A stretch of 64,000 bases of DNA from Gemmatimonadota bacterium. Its GTDB lineage: Bacteria > Gemmatimonadota > Gemmatimonadetes > Palauibacterales > Palauibacteraceae. A program made the translations under genes and the position numbers. The notes under the pieces were generated by a model. The model saw only the letters and a list, made by a program, of their open reading frames with translations, made no database searches and was not told where the DNA came from. The stretch lies in the NCBI GenBank assembly GCA_965116475.1, contig OZ220691.1, forward strand, positions 96,001 through 160,000, read 5' to 3'. Below are positions 32,628 to 42,628 of this stretch, piece by piece (positions within the stretch are counted from its first letter, which is position 1; every line of letters starts with the position of its first letter).

Positions 32628-34292
32628 TCAGTCGAGCGCGGGGTGCCGCGTGTGCCAGTCCGTCGCCGCCTGGAAGGCGTGCGCCACGCTCAGGATCTTG
32701 TCGTCGGCGAACAGGTCGCCGATGAGCGTCGTCGTCAGCGGCTGCTCCGCCTCCTCGCCCTCGGGCCCGAGCGGGCCGAAACCGTACTGGACGACGGCCG
32801 CCGGGTGTCCCGTTTCGTTGGTGAGCCCCACCTCTCCCGAGCCGGTGGCGAACATGTCGAAGCCGTCCATTGCCTCGGCCATGCGCTTCATCACGATGAG
32901 GCGCCGCCGCTGCGCGTGCACGTAGTCCATCGCCAGACCCTCGCGTCCGCGGCGGAAGCGCGTGAAGTCGCGCTCCTCCACCTCGCTGAGCCCCTCCGGC
33001 ACCGGGGGCAGTTCCCCGCCCGGTGCTACGTGGAAGTCGAAGGCCGACGACGACTCGGCGCCCAGCGAACTCGCCGCCTGGGCAGGCAGCTCGCGCATGA
33101 GCCGCGGCCGCGCCCCGAGTTCCTCCAGCTTCTCGACGAAGGAGTGCGGCGCGTCCTCGGTGTATCCGATGGAGAGCGCACCCAGGTCCGGGTTGCGCTC
33201 GAAACGGAACGGGGTCGTGACGGAGGCGGGGTCCTTCTCGTCCGCGCCGTGGATCTCGTTGAACACGAGCGCGCAGTCCTCGATCGTGCGGCACATGGGG
33301 CCCGTCTTGTCCATGCTCCACGAGAGCACCATGCCCCCGTAGCGGCTCACGCGTCCGAAGGTGGGGCGGAGGGCGCTCAGCCCGTTGCGGCGGCTCGGGG
33401 AGACGATCGACCCGCGCGTCTCGGTCCCGATCGAGAAGGCGACGCAGCCCGCCGCCGTCGCCGAGCCCGGCCCGGCGGAAGACCCGCTCGATCCCCAGGC
33501 GAGGTTCCACGGATTCAGCGTCCGGCCGCGGTACCAGCGGTCGCCCCGCGCGAACTCTCCCGTCGCGAGCTTCGCGATGAGCACGGCGCCCGCCGCGTTC
33601 AGCCGGCGCACGACCTCCGCATCCTCCTCGATCATCTGCGTCTGGAACGCGGCCGAGCCCCACGTCGTCCGCGCCCCGACAGTCGAGAAAAGGTCCTTCA
33701 CGCCGTAGGGGATCCCGTGCAGGGGCCCGCGCCATTCGCCCGCGCGGATCTCGGCTTCCGCCTGTTCCGCCTCTTCCCTGCCTCGGTCTTCCAGGATCGT
33801 CACCGCGCACAGCAGCACGGGGTCGTACCGCTTCATGCGCTCCATGTAGATGTCGAACAGTTCCGTCGGCGAGACCCGGCGCTCCCTCACGAGGGCCGAG
33901 AGCCGGTGGACGGGGAGAAAGGCGATCTCCTCCTCGGAGGACGGCACGGGGCCCTCCCAGGGTGCGACGTCGATCGAGGTCTTCTCGAACGGGTTCATCC
34001 CGGCGCGCCAGTACTTTTCGAGCAGCGCCCCCGTCCCGCCCGGATACGCCTGGAACTGCAGGGCCGGCGGCTCCCCGTTCCCAAGCGGGATGACGTCCTC
34101 CTGCACCGCTTCGCGCAGTCCCTCGAACTCCGGAGCATCGGGGGCGAGAGGGATCGCCTCCGGAGCGGCCATGAGCGAGCGCGGATCCAGAGCCCCCGCC
34201 GCAGTCGCCGCAGCCGCCGCCTTCAGAAACCCGCGCCGACCAAAGCCGCTTTTCGCAACGTCCGCACCTCTCCTGTCGAGCCTTTCGGACAC
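32628..34292 (-). CDS. Amidase signature family enzyme with Tat signal
   Basis: GFGRRGFLK leader, GPLHGIPYGVKD, GSSGSSAG and IGTETRGSI (Lys-cisSer-Ser triad). Confidence 0.9.
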   Translation of the reverse strand: MSERLDRRGADVAKSGFGRRGFLKAAAAATAAGALDPRSLMAAPEAIPLAPDAPEFEGLREAVQEDVIPLGNGEPPALQFQAYPGGTGALLEKYWRAGMNPFEKTSIDVAPWEGPVPSSEEEIAFLPVHRLSALVRERRVSPTELFDIYMERMKRYDPVLLCAVTILEDRGREEAEQAEAEIRAGEWRGPLHGIPYGVKDLFSTVGARTTWGSAAFQTQMIEEDAEVVRRLNAAGAVLIAKLATGEFARGDRWYRGRTLNPWNLAWGSSGSSAGPGSATAAGCVAFSIGTETRGSIVSPSRRNGLSALRPTFGRVSRYGGMVLSWSMDKTGPMCRTIEDCALVFNEIHGADEKDPASVTTPFRFERNPDLGALSIGYTEDAPHSFVEKLEELGARPRLMRELPAQAASSLGAESSSAFDFHVAPGGELPPVPEGLSEVEERDFTRFRRGREGLAMDYVHAQRRRLIVMKRMAEAMDGFDMFATGSGEVGLTNETGHPAAVVQYGFGPLGPEGEEAEQPLTTTLIGDLFADDKILSVAHAFQAATDWHTRHPALD

Positions 34293-34509
34293 GCTCCCCT
34301 CCTGTAGCCAAATAACGTCAGAGGGTCACACTGCGGGGAGATGCCGGAGCCGACAAGCCTGCGAATGCGGGTGGAGTGAGGCCGGGGCGCGCGCGACCAC
34401 TTCGGTACATCCGACTTCATCCCAACGTCGTCCCTGCCACAGGAGGGTGATCCGCCGCCCCGGCTTCAGTGGCTGAGACGCGCGCGGTTGGCAGAACGTT
34501 GCTTCGCTG

Positions 34510-35640
34510 CTAGCCCGGCAGGTTGAAGAAGGCGAACCCGAGCAGGACGTACACGGCGAGGAGAAGGACGCCCTCCATCCAGTGCGTCTGGCCGTCATCG
34601 GCGATCTGTCCCACGACGAGGACGGAGACCGCGACCGCCACGACTTCGAGCGGCGAAAAGACGAGGTTCATCGGCTCCGGCCCGATCGCGTAGGAGAGGA
34701 AGACGAGAAGCGGGGCGATGAGAAGGGCGATCTGGAGGGACGACCCCACCGCGATCTGAATCGACAGGTCCATCTTGTTCCGGAGGGCGACGAGCACGGC
34801 GGTTGAATGTTCCGCCGCGTTGCCGACGAGGGCGACGACGATCACGCCCACGAAGACCTCGGTCATCCCCAGGGCGTGGGCCGCCTCCTCCGCCCCGCCG
34901 ACGAGGATCTCGCTCATCCAGCCCACGAGCGCGGCGGCGCCGACGAGGATCGCGAACGACTTGCCCTTCGACCACGCGGGCGCGTGGCCCGCGCCCCCCG
35001 CATGCCCCTCGCCGTCGGCGTGCGCCGTCCCCTGGTACAGTTCCGCGTGCGTACGCAGCGCGAAGACGAGCGAGAGGACGTAGCAGACGATGAGGACGAC
35101 GGAGATTTCGAGGCTCAGCGACCCTGCCGCGGATCCCGAAGCGGATCCCGCAGCCGCTCCGGACTCCCCCCCGTCCCGGAGATAGTGCATGAGCGATGGG
35201 ATGACGAGCCCGACCGCGCTCAGGAGAAGGAGCGTGGAACCCAGCTTGGCCGCCGTCCGGTTGAACACCTGCTTGCGGAACTTCAGGCCGCCGAGCAGCG
35301 CGCTCAGTCCGAAGATGAGGAGGATGTTACCGATGATCGATCCCGTGAGGGACGCCTTCACCAGGTCGTACAGGCCCGCCCTGAGGGCGAAGATCGCGAT
35401 GATCAGTTCCGCGGCGTTCCCGAAGGTCGCGTTGAGCAGTCCTCCGAGACCGGCGCCCACGTGCTCGGCCAGCATCTCGGTGGACTTCCCCATGATCCCG
35501 GCGAGGGGAACGATCGCGACCGCGGAGGTAAGAAAGAGCGTGGTCGCCGACGCATGGACGACGTACTCGAGAACGAGCGTGATGGGAACGAAGACGAGCA
35601 GGAGCAGGAGAACCTGGTCCGCTTTCAGCTTGAGAGCCAA
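34510..35640 (-). CDS. cax: Calcium/proton exchanger (CaCA, Cax/ChaA type)
   Basis: [30 protein letters not shown] and GSSLQIAL motifs; about 11 TMs. TTG start with GGAGG RBS. Confidence 0.92.
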   Translation of the reverse strand: MALKLKADQVLLLLLVFVPITLVLEYVVHASATTLFLTSAVAIVPLAGIMGKSTEMLAEHVGAGLGGLLNATFGNAAELIIAIFALRAGLYDLVKASLTGSIIGNILLIFGLSALLGGLKFRKQVFNRTAAKLGSTLLLLSAVGLVIPSLMHYLRDGGESGAAAGSASGSAAGSLSLEISVVLIVCYVLSLVFALRTHAELYQGTAHADGEGHAGGAGHAPAWSKGKSFAILVGAAALVGWMSEILVGGAEEAAHALGMTEVFVGVIVVALVGNAAEHSTAVLVALRNKMDLSIQIAVGSSLQIALLIAPLLVFLSYAIGPEPMNLVFSPLEVVAVAVSVLVVGQIADDGQTHWMEGVLLLAVYVLLGFAFFNLPG

Positions 35641-35702
35641 CCCGTTTTCCTCCCGTTTTCGCCGGAAAGCACACCGGAAAGCACAGCAGCCCGTGGCAAA
35701 AA

Positions 35703-35773
35703 AGGCGCCGTCCGGATTCGAACCGGAGTAGGGGGCTTTGCAGGCCCCTGCCTAACCACTCGGCCACGGCGCC
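35703..35773 (-). tRNA. tRNA-Cys (GCA)
   Basis: Reverse complement GGCGCCGTGGCCGAGTGGTTAGGCAGGGGCCTGCAAAGCCCC...CCGGTTCGAATCCGGACGGCGCCT. Anticodon GCA. Confidence 0.96.
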
Positions 35774-35870
35774 GGAGTCGCACAGCCTAATGGAGCGACC
35801 ACGCGGACGCTACCGCCCACGCTACCGCCGGAAGGTTCTCCATCGCGCCCCGGCCTGCTATACTCGCGCG

Positions 35871-37532
35871 ATGCATCCGCCGACCCGTCGGGCCCTTCCG
35901 ATCCTTCTCGCCCTCGTCTCCGCAGCCATGGCTCCCGTCCACCTGGCCGGGCAGTTCAGCGACGCGCGACTGCCGAGGCAGGGGAAGCTGTGGCTCACGA
36001 TCGCGCCAACCCTGCTGAACTGGTCCGAACAGTTCGCCTTCGACTCGAGTGCCGGGATTGCCGACGGGGAGCGCGAGCCGCTGGCCGCCCACTTCGACGG
36101 TCCGCTCGCCCGCCGCATGTTCCCTCCCCCCCTTGCCCTGATCCAGGAACTCAACGATGACGCGGAGGCGCTCGGCTTCGAACCCGTGACCGAGGACGAC
36201 TTCTCGTTCGGCGGGCTCGACTTCTCGGCCATGCGGGCGCAGGTGCGCCGACTCGGGCTCGGCGTCGAGGTGGGGGTCCTCGACTGGGTCAGCGTGGGCA
36301 TCCGGGCCCCGTTCACGCTCACGGACATGACGGTGGGCTTCGCCTTCGATTCCACGGCGACCGTGACCGGAAACGGCGCGGCCTTCGAGTCCGGTGCGCC
36401 CTTCCTCCGGGACGCGCGGTCGGCGCTCGACGATCTCGGTGCGCTGATCCGTGGGGGCTCCCTGACGGGGACCGCGCTCGAGGAAGCGATCGCGCTCCGG
36501 AGCGCGACGCAGAATTTCGTCAACACGCTGGGGCAGCGGGCCGGCGCCGGAGCCCTGATTCCCACCGCTTCCAGCGCGGCGGGGACCCAGATGGCGCAAC
36601 GCTTCGCGGATTTCGCGGCGGCGTTCGACGCGCTCGGCCTGACGCTGCCGGAGCTCTCGCTGCCCGAGTTCGCGACGGAGGATGACTTCAACATGTTGTT
36701 CCTGAGTCAGGGCTTGGCGGATCGGCTGCCCAGGGACACGAGGAACGAGCTCGATCTGGGCGAGGTCGAGGTCTCCGTGCGCGTGAACCTCATCGACGGC
36801 ATCACGCGCCGCAGGCCGATCCCCGGGCCGGGCGCGGAGGCCGGCGCGGAATCCGGCTCTGGAGCGGACCCGGAGCGGGGCATTCGGTTCCGTACGAGCG
36901 TGGGTGGACTCGCCCGCGTACCGATCCGAAACCGAAACCTCACGATCTTCGGAGACCCGTCGAATTCGGCGGACATACCGATCGGGGACGGCCAGACCGA
37001 CATCGAACTGGCGTTGTACCAGGACATCGCCTTCGGGAGTCTCTTCATGATCCGTGCTTCCGCCCGCTACGGGATGCAGCGTCCCGACGAGGCGGTGATC
37101 CGCTTCACGCCTCCCGATCGCCCCTATGGTCAGGAAGACCTCGTGGCCCTGATGCGGCGGGATCTGGGAGACTACGTCGCAGTGCTGGTTCGCCCTTCCC
37201 TGCGCTTCAACTCCGCCCTCAGCGTGGGGATCGAGTACGACTACTTCCGGCTGCCCGCACCCACCTACGAGTTCGTCGGGCCCATCGAGGGGCTGGACAC
37301 GAACACGGTGGCGGCGGAGGGGGCGCAGACCCGCCACCGGCTGGGAGTCGGGTTCCTCATCGATATCTCCGAGGCCGGGGGCGTCGAGGAACTGCATGAC
37401 GGGGCCAGGCCGGTGCGCGGCGCCTACCAGTTCGGCATCTCGCTGCGGCGGGCGATTTCCGGCTCTGGAGGGCGAACGCCGGCATCCTTCCGCTACGCGG
37501 CCGAACTCCGCTTCCCGATCAGCATCTTTTAG
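35871..37532 (+). CDS. Hypothetical exported protein, probable outer-membrane beta-barrel
   Basis: Signal peptide, alternating amphipathic strands, C-terminal ...ELRFPISIF. ATG 35871 follows TGCTATACT-6nt. Confidence 0.65.
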   Translation: MHPPTRRALPILLALVSAAMAPVHLAGQFSDARLPRQGKLWLTIAPTLLNWSEQFAFDSSAGIADGEREPLAAHFDGPLARRMFPPPLALIQELNDDAEALGFEPVTEDDFSFGGLDFSAMRAQVRRLGLGVEVGVLDWVSVGIRAPFTLTDMTVGFAFDSTATVTGNGAAFESGAPFLRDARSALDDLGALIRGGSLTGTALEEAIALRSATQNFVNTLGQRAGAGALIPTASSAAGTQMAQRFADFAAAFDALGLTLPELSLPEFATEDDFNMLFLSQGLADRLPRDTRNELDLGEVEVSVRVNLIDGITRRRPIPGPGAEAGAESGSGADPERGIRFRTSVGGLARVPIRNRNLTIFGDPSNSADIPIGDGQTDIELALYQDIAFGSLFMIRASARYGMQRPDEAVIRFTPPDRPYGQEDLVALMRRDLGDYVAVLVRPSLRFNSALSVGIEYDYFRLPAPTYEFVGPIEGLDTNTVAAEGAQTRHRLGVGFLIDISEAGGVEELHDGARPVRGAYQFGISLRRAISGSGGRTPASFRYAAELRFPISIF

Positions 37533-37569
37533 CAGTCCGTAGCGCCCACGGCTGAAACGTCCGCCGGCG

Positions 37570-39234
37570 CTACAGTTGGCCGGCGAGCAGCTCCTCGGCG
37601 TGGGCGCGCGAGGCGCGGCTGGCGGGGTCGCCGCCGAGCATGCGAGCAACCTCGTGGACGCGTGCTCCGCCGGTGAGCACGCGGACCGACGTCCGCGCGC
37701 CTTCGGCTTCCGTGACCTTTCCGACGGAGTAGTGAGCGTCGGCCCGCGCCGCGATCTGCGCGAGATGCGTGACGACGAGCACCTGGTGCGCGGCGGAAAG
37801 CCGCACGAGACGGGCCGCCACGCGGTGCGCCACTTCGCCCCCGATCCCCGCATCGATCTCGTCGAACACGAGCACGGGCAGGTCGTCCACCTCGATGAGG
37901 GCGGTCTCGAGCGCAAGCATGAGGCGGCTCATCTCTCCCCCGGAGGCCACGCGCCGCAGCGGCGCCGGCGGGAAACCCGGATTCAGCGAGACGAGAAACT
38001 CGGCCCCTTCAGCGCCGGTTGCCCGGATCTCGCCATATGCGTCGAGCGCGATCTCGAGACGGCCTCCCCTGAGACCGAGTTCCGGTAGCGCCGTCGTCAC
38101 GGCCTCGGCGAGCGCGCCGGCCGACACCCGGCGCCCCTCGGACAGTTCGGACGCCAGCGCGGCCAGTTCGGCGGACGCAGCCTCCCGCGCCTTTTCGAGC
38201 CGCTCGATCTCCTCATCGGCCCCCTGCACGGTCTCCAACTCGCGCCCTGCCTCTTCGCCCGCGCGGATCACGTCCTCAAGAGAGCCGCCGTACTTGCGCC
38301 TGAGCCGGTAGAGGAGATCCTGCCGGACGCGGATTTCATCGAGCCGTCGAGGGTCGTGCTCGATCGAGTCGCGGTAGGGAGCCAGGCCGCGTCCGAGTTC
38401 CTCCACGTTGCGGAGCGCCGCCTCGATCAGGTCGCGGAAGGGACCCGCCTCGCGGTCGATCGCAACGAGGGCCTCGAGTCGGGCGGCGAATTCGCCCAAC
38501 CGGTCGACGATCGACCCCTCGGCCTCGTACAGCCCGTGGTGGAGCGAGCCCGAGAGTTCGATCAGCTCCTCGGAGTGCGAGAGACGGCGCGCCTCCGACT
38601 CGAGCGCCTCATCTTCGTCCGGTTCGAGACCGGCGGCGGCGATCTCGTCCCGCTTGAAGCGCAAGTAATCGGCCCGCTCGCGCCCCTCGCGCGCGGCGCG
38701 GCGCGTGTCCTCCAGGCGTCCCTCGATGCCGCGCAGCGCGTCGTGTGCGGCCGCCGTCCGGGCGGCGAGCGCCTCGTGACGGCCGTAGGCGTCCAGAATC
38801 CGCCGCTGCCACGCGCGGTCGAGGAGCCGCTGGTGGTCGTGCTGCCCGTGGAGGTCGAGCAGCCGGCCGCCGAACTCGCGGAGCCTGCCGGCCGTGGCCG
38901 GCGAGCCGTTCACCCATGCCCGATGCCGGCCCTCGCGGCGCAACTCGCGACACAGAATGAGCCAGCCATCTTCATGATCGACGCCGGCCTCCTCGCACAG
39001 CGCCCGGAGTCCGTCGAGATCCTCGATCTCGAAGCGGCCTTCGATGCGGGCGGCCCCGGCGCCCGTCCGGATCATGCCCGGCGACGGCCGCCCTCCGACG
39101 AGGAGCGCGAGCGCTTCGACGAGGAGGGATTTCCCCGCCCCCGTCTCGCCGCTGAGCACGCTGAGGCCCGGCCCGAATTCGAGGGTCGCTTCCTCGACGA
39201 CGGCGAAGTTCCGGACCCGAAGCTCCCTCAGCAC
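37570..39234 (-). CDS. recN: DNA repair protein RecN
   Basis: GETGAGKS Walker A, HGQHDHQ, ASGGEMSR, FDEIDAGIGG and VTHLAQIA. Confidence 0.95.
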   Translation of the reverse strand: MLRELRVRNFAVVEEATLEFGPGLSVLSGETGAGKSLLVEALALLVGGRPSPGMIRTGAGAARIEGRFEIEDLDGLRALCEEAGVDHEDGWLILCRELRREGRHRAWVNGSPATAGRLREFGGRLLDLHGQHDHQRLLDRAWQRRILDAYGRHEALAARTAAAHDALRGIEGRLEDTRRAAREGRERADYLRFKRDEIAAAGLEPDEDEALESEARRLSHSEELIELSGSLHHGLYEAEGSIVDRLGEFAARLEALVAIDREAGPFRDLIEAALRNVEELGRGLAPYRDSIEHDPRRLDEIRVRQDLLYRLRRKYGGSLEDVIRAGEEAGRELETVQGADEEIERLEKAREAASAELAALASELSEGRRVSAGALAEAVTTALPELGLRGGRLEIALDAYGEIRATGAEGAEFLVSLNPGFPPAPLRRVASGGEMSRLMLALETALIEVDDLPVLVFDEIDAGIGGEVAHRVAARLVRLSAAHQVLVVTHLAQIAARADAHYSVGKVTEAEGARTSVRVLTGGARVHEVARMLGGDPASRASRAHAEELLAGQL

Positions 39235-40133
39235 TCCGGCCCCCTCCCGCCCCCGGACGGGGGCGACGGGTGTTCGCGGACATCGCCCCAGCGCAGCTTC
39301 CGCCTCAGGACGCTGAAGAACGAATGGCGCGGCAGCCGGACCAGACCCACGGCGTGCCTCGACCGCGAGACCTCCACCCGGTCACCCACCGAGAGACGGC
39401 AGCCCGGCTGACCATCGACGGTCAGTTGCAGGTCGTGGTCTCCCGAGAGGAGCTCGACGGAGATCCGCGTGTCTCCCGAGAACACGACCGGGCGCACGGC
39501 AAGCGTGTGCGGCGAGATCGGCGTCGCGACGATGCCCTCCATCGTCGGCGAGACGATGGGGCCACCCGCGGAGAGGCTGTAGGCCGTCGAGCCCGTGGCC
39601 GTGGCGAGGATGATGCCATCTGCGCTGTAGTGCCCCACTTCGTCGTCGTCGGCCAGCACGCGCAACCCGATCAGGCGGGCGAAGCCGCTCTTGTGAATGA
39701 CGGCGTCGTTGATCGCGTAGAAGCTCCGCCCGTCAGGCCCGCCGGATCCGTTCGGAATCACCCGGACGCGGAGGGCGAGCCGCTTCTCGAGCGCGTAGTC
39801 CCCGCCCGCCACCATCGACATCGCGGCCTCGAGTTCGTCCTCCGACACCATCGTCAGAAACCCGAGCCGGCCCAGGTTGCAGCCCAGCACCGGGATCCCG
39901 CGCGGCGCCGCCAGGCGAGCCGCCCGCAGCAACGTCCCGTCCCCGCCGAGGGCCAGGACGAGCGCGACATCGCCTTCGATCTCCTCCGGCGGGGCGGATT
40001 CGCGCCGCGGCATCCGCGCGAGCGGCGGCTCGAAGACGAGAGAGACCCCGAGTTCCTCCGCCTTCCGCTCGACGCGCTCAAGGAGCGGCTCCAGTTCCGG
40101 GTGATCGGCGATCCCGATGATGAAGAACTTCAC
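39228..40133 (-). CDS. nadK: NAD(+) kinase
   Basis: LGGDGTLL, NLGRLGFL, INDAVI and TATGSTAYSLSAGGP. GTG start at 40133. Confidence 0.93.
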   Translation of the reverse strand: MKFFIIGIADHPELEPLLERVERKAEELGVSLVFEPPLARMPRRESAPPEEIEGDVALVLALGGDGTLLRAARLAAPRGIPVLGCNLGRLGFLTMVSEDELEAAMSMVAGGDYALEKRLALRVRVIPNGSGGPDGRSFYAINDAVIHKSGFARLIGLRVLADDDEVGHYSADGIILATATGSTAYSLSAGGPIVSPTMEGIVATPISPHTLAVRPVVFSGDTRISVELLSGDHDLQLTVDGQPGCRLSVGDRVEVSRSRHAVGLVRLPRHSFFSVLRRKLRWGDVREHPSPPSGGGRGPEC

Positions 40134-40140
40134 GGGGCGC

Positions 40141-41043
40141 TCAACGGTCGCGCTCGAGGACGAGGCGTCCGATCTCGCGCAGCCGGTCCGCGCCCGCGAG
40201 CGGCGAAATCGCGCCCAGCGCCTCGCGGCCGAACTCCTCCGCGCGTGCTCTCGCCCCCTCCAGGCCGAGGACCGACGGCGTCGTCGCCTTTCCCAAAGCT
40301 TCATCCCGCCCGCCGATCTTCCCCATGCGGGTCGAGGATCCCGTCACGTCGAGGATATCGTCCACCGTCTGGAAGGCGAGGCCGATCGCGATCCCGAAGC
40401 GGGTCAGGCGATCGACCGTCTCCTCGGGCGCGCGGGCGGCGACGCCGCCCATGGTGCAGCAGGCCGCGATGAGGCGAGCCGTCTTCCCGCGGTGAATGCG
40501 CTCGAGCGTCTCGAAGCCGACCCTCTTCTTCTCGGCGAGGAGGTCGAGGAGCTGGCCGCCGACCATGCCGTCGCTGCCGGCCGCCGCAGTAAGGACCCCG
40601 ATGAGCCGGCCTGCCACGGGGTCCGGCAGCTTCAGGCCCGCCGCTCCCTCGGCCACCGCGCGGATCGCAAGCGGAAGCAGCGCCGCGCCCGTCATGACCG
40701 CGGCGCGCTCCCCGTATCGGACGTGCACGGTCGGCCGCCCCCGGCGAAGGTCGTCGTCATCCATGCACGGGAGATCATCGTGGATCAGGGAGTACGTGTG
40801 GACGAGCTCGGGTCCCAGCGCCACGCGACGGAGCGCGCGCGCGCCGTTTCCCGCGTCGGGCCCGGCGGCGGCCGCGGCTTCCCACGCCCCGACGAACAGG
40901 AGAGGCCGGATCCTCTTCCCCTTCGCAAGCACGGCGTACCGGAGGGGTTCCGCGATCGGGCCGGTCCCGCGCAGCGTCTCGGCGAGCCAGCGTTCCAGCT
41001 CGTCATCGATGGCGGCACGCAGCTCGTGCAGACCGAGGCTCAC
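40141..41043 (-). CDS. ispA: Farnesyl/geranylgeranyl diphosphate synthase
   Basis: GKRIRP, HTYSLIHDDLPCMDDDDLRRG and FQTVDDILD motifs. Confidence 0.92.
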   Translation of the reverse strand: MSLGLHELRAAIDDELERWLAETLRGTGPIAEPLRYAVLAKGKRIRPLLFVGAWEAAAAAGPDAGNGARALRRVALGPELVHTYSLIHDDLPCMDDDDLRRGRPTVHVRYGERAAVMTGAALLPLAIRAVAEGAAGLKLPDPVAGRLIGVLTAAAGSDGMVGGQLLDLLAEKKRVGFETLERIHRGKTARLIAACCTMGGVAARAPEETVDRLTRFGIAIGLAFQTVDDILDVTGSSTRMGKIGGRDEALGKATTPSVLGLEGARARAEEFGREALGAISPLAGADRLREIGRLVLERDR

Positions 41044-41321
41044 GGTTCGCCGTCCGACCGGTTCCCCGGCTGGTCCCCGGGCGCTTCCAAGGCTTCCAGC
41101 GGCTTCGCTTCCAGCCGTCCCGTGGACGAAGCGATGAGCTCCTCGACCCGGCCACTCGCCGTCTCGAGCCAGCGCCGAGCCTCACCGAGCCGTTCGATTC
41201 CCTGCTCGAAGAGAGCGATCGCCTCGTCCAGACCGATGCCCTCGCGGTCGAGGCGGGAGACGATCCCTTCCAGCTCCCGCATCGCCGTCTCGAATTCGAA
41301 CTCCGTCGAAGGCTTGCTCAT
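41040..41321 (-). CDS. xseB: Exodeoxyribonuclease VII small subunit
   Basis: FETAMRELEGIV...LDEAIALFEQG; lies between xseA and ispA. Confidence 0.92.
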   Translation of the reverse strand: MSKPSTEFEFETAMRELEGIVSRLDREGIGLDEAIALFEQGIERLGEARRWLETASGRVEELIASSTGRLEAKPLEALEAPGDQPGNRSDGEP

Positions 41322-42628
41322 GCTTCAGGCTCCCCGCCGTCCGGATCCGCCGCATCGTGCTCCACGGTGTCCGCCGTCGCCGCGACCTGCCCCCCCGTGA
41401 CCCGCAGCCGGAAGCGCTGGCTGGGCGTGAAGTCATCGATCCGCGTGAGGCGGTGTCCCTCGAGGTCCGTGACGACCGCGTAGCCGCGGGCCACCGTCTC
41501 GAGCGGGCTCCGCGCGTCGAGCGCCGCGGCCAGCTCGGCGAGCCGCGAACGCGAGCCGGCGAGCACGCGCTCCATCCCCGCCGGGAGTCGGGCGGCCATG
41601 GTTTCGAGGCGCAGCTTCGCGACATCGCGCGCGTGCCCCGCGGAGGCCGGCAGGCGTTGCGCCAGCGCTTCCACGCGATCGCTCCCGCGCACGATGAGTC
41701 GGCGCAACCCGCGAGCCAGACCTCTTCCCGCCGTGTCGAGCGAGGCGCGGATGCTCCGGATGTCCGGCGCCGCGAGTTCGGCGGCCGCAGACGGAGTCGG
41801 CGCCCGGAGGTCGGCCACCAGCTCGCACAGGGTCACGTCCACTTCGTGCCCGATGGCGCAGATCACCGGCACCGGACTCGCCGCGACCGCGCGAACCGCC
41901 GTCTCCTCGTTGAAGCACCACAGGTCCTCCACGGACCCGCCGCCGCGGCTGAGGATGATGGCGTCGAGCGTCCGGTCCGGAGCGCTCGCGCCCCAATCCG
42001 CGAGGCGCCCGAGGGCGGCCCGCACCTCCGCGGCGGCGCCCTCGCCCTGCACGCGGCAGTGGCGCACCACGATCTCGACCCACGGGGCCCGCCGACGGAG
42101 CACGGTGATGATGTCGTGAAGCGCTGCGCCCCCGCGCGACGTGACGACGCCCACGCGGCGAGGGAACGCGGGCAGGGCGCGCTTCCGCTCCGGATCGAGC
42201 AGGCCCTCCGCCGCCAGCTCCCGGCGGAGCCGCTCGAAGGCGATCCGCCACAGCCCCTCGCCCGCCGCCTCGAGGGCGCGCACGCGCAACTGGAACCGGC
42301 CCTGCCGTGCATAGAGGGTCGGGCGGCCGTGGACGAAGACCTCCATGCCGTCCTCCGGATCCGCCGGCAGGCGCCAGGCATCCCCCCGGAAGAAGATGCA
42401 CGCGACGCTGGCATCGCGCTCCTGGTCCCGCAGGGAGAAGTAGCGGTGCCCAGCGGAGGAGCGGGTCCAGTTCGTCACTTCGCCGCGGACCCAGAGGTCG
42501 CCGAACCGCTTCTCCAGCGTGCCGCGCGCCGCTTCGTTCAGGTCGGACACGGTGACCGCCCCCTCCGGGGAGCGGCCATCGCGGACGTTCGCCGCGCCGA
42601 ACAGCGAGGTCTGACGCGTCACGTTCAA
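41318..42628 (-). CDS. xseA: Exodeoxyribonuclease VII large subunit
   Basis: WVRGEVTN, GHRYFSL, RGGGSVEDLWCFN, AIGHEVD and RAPTPSAAAE. Confidence 0.95.
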   Translation of the reverse strand: MNVTRQTSLFGAANVRDGRSPEGAVTVSDLNEAARGTLEKRFGDLWVRGEVTNWTRSSAGHRYFSLRDQERDASVACIFFRGDAWRLPADPEDGMEVFVHGRPTLYARQGRFQLRVRALEAAGEGLWRIAFERLRRELAAEGLLDPERKRALPAFPRRVGVVTSRGGAALHDIITVLRRRAPWVEIVVRHCRVQGEGAAAEVRAALGRLADWGASAPDRTLDAIILSRGGGSVEDLWCFNEETAVRAVAASPVPVICAIGHEVDVTLCELVADLRAPTPSAAAELAAPDIRSIRASLDTAGRGLARGLRRLIVRGSDRVEALAQRLPASAGHARDVAKLRLETMAARLPAGMERVLAGSRSRLAELAAALDARSPLETVARGYAVVTDLEGHRLTRIDDFTPSQRFRLRVTGGQVAATADTVEHDAADPDGGEPEA

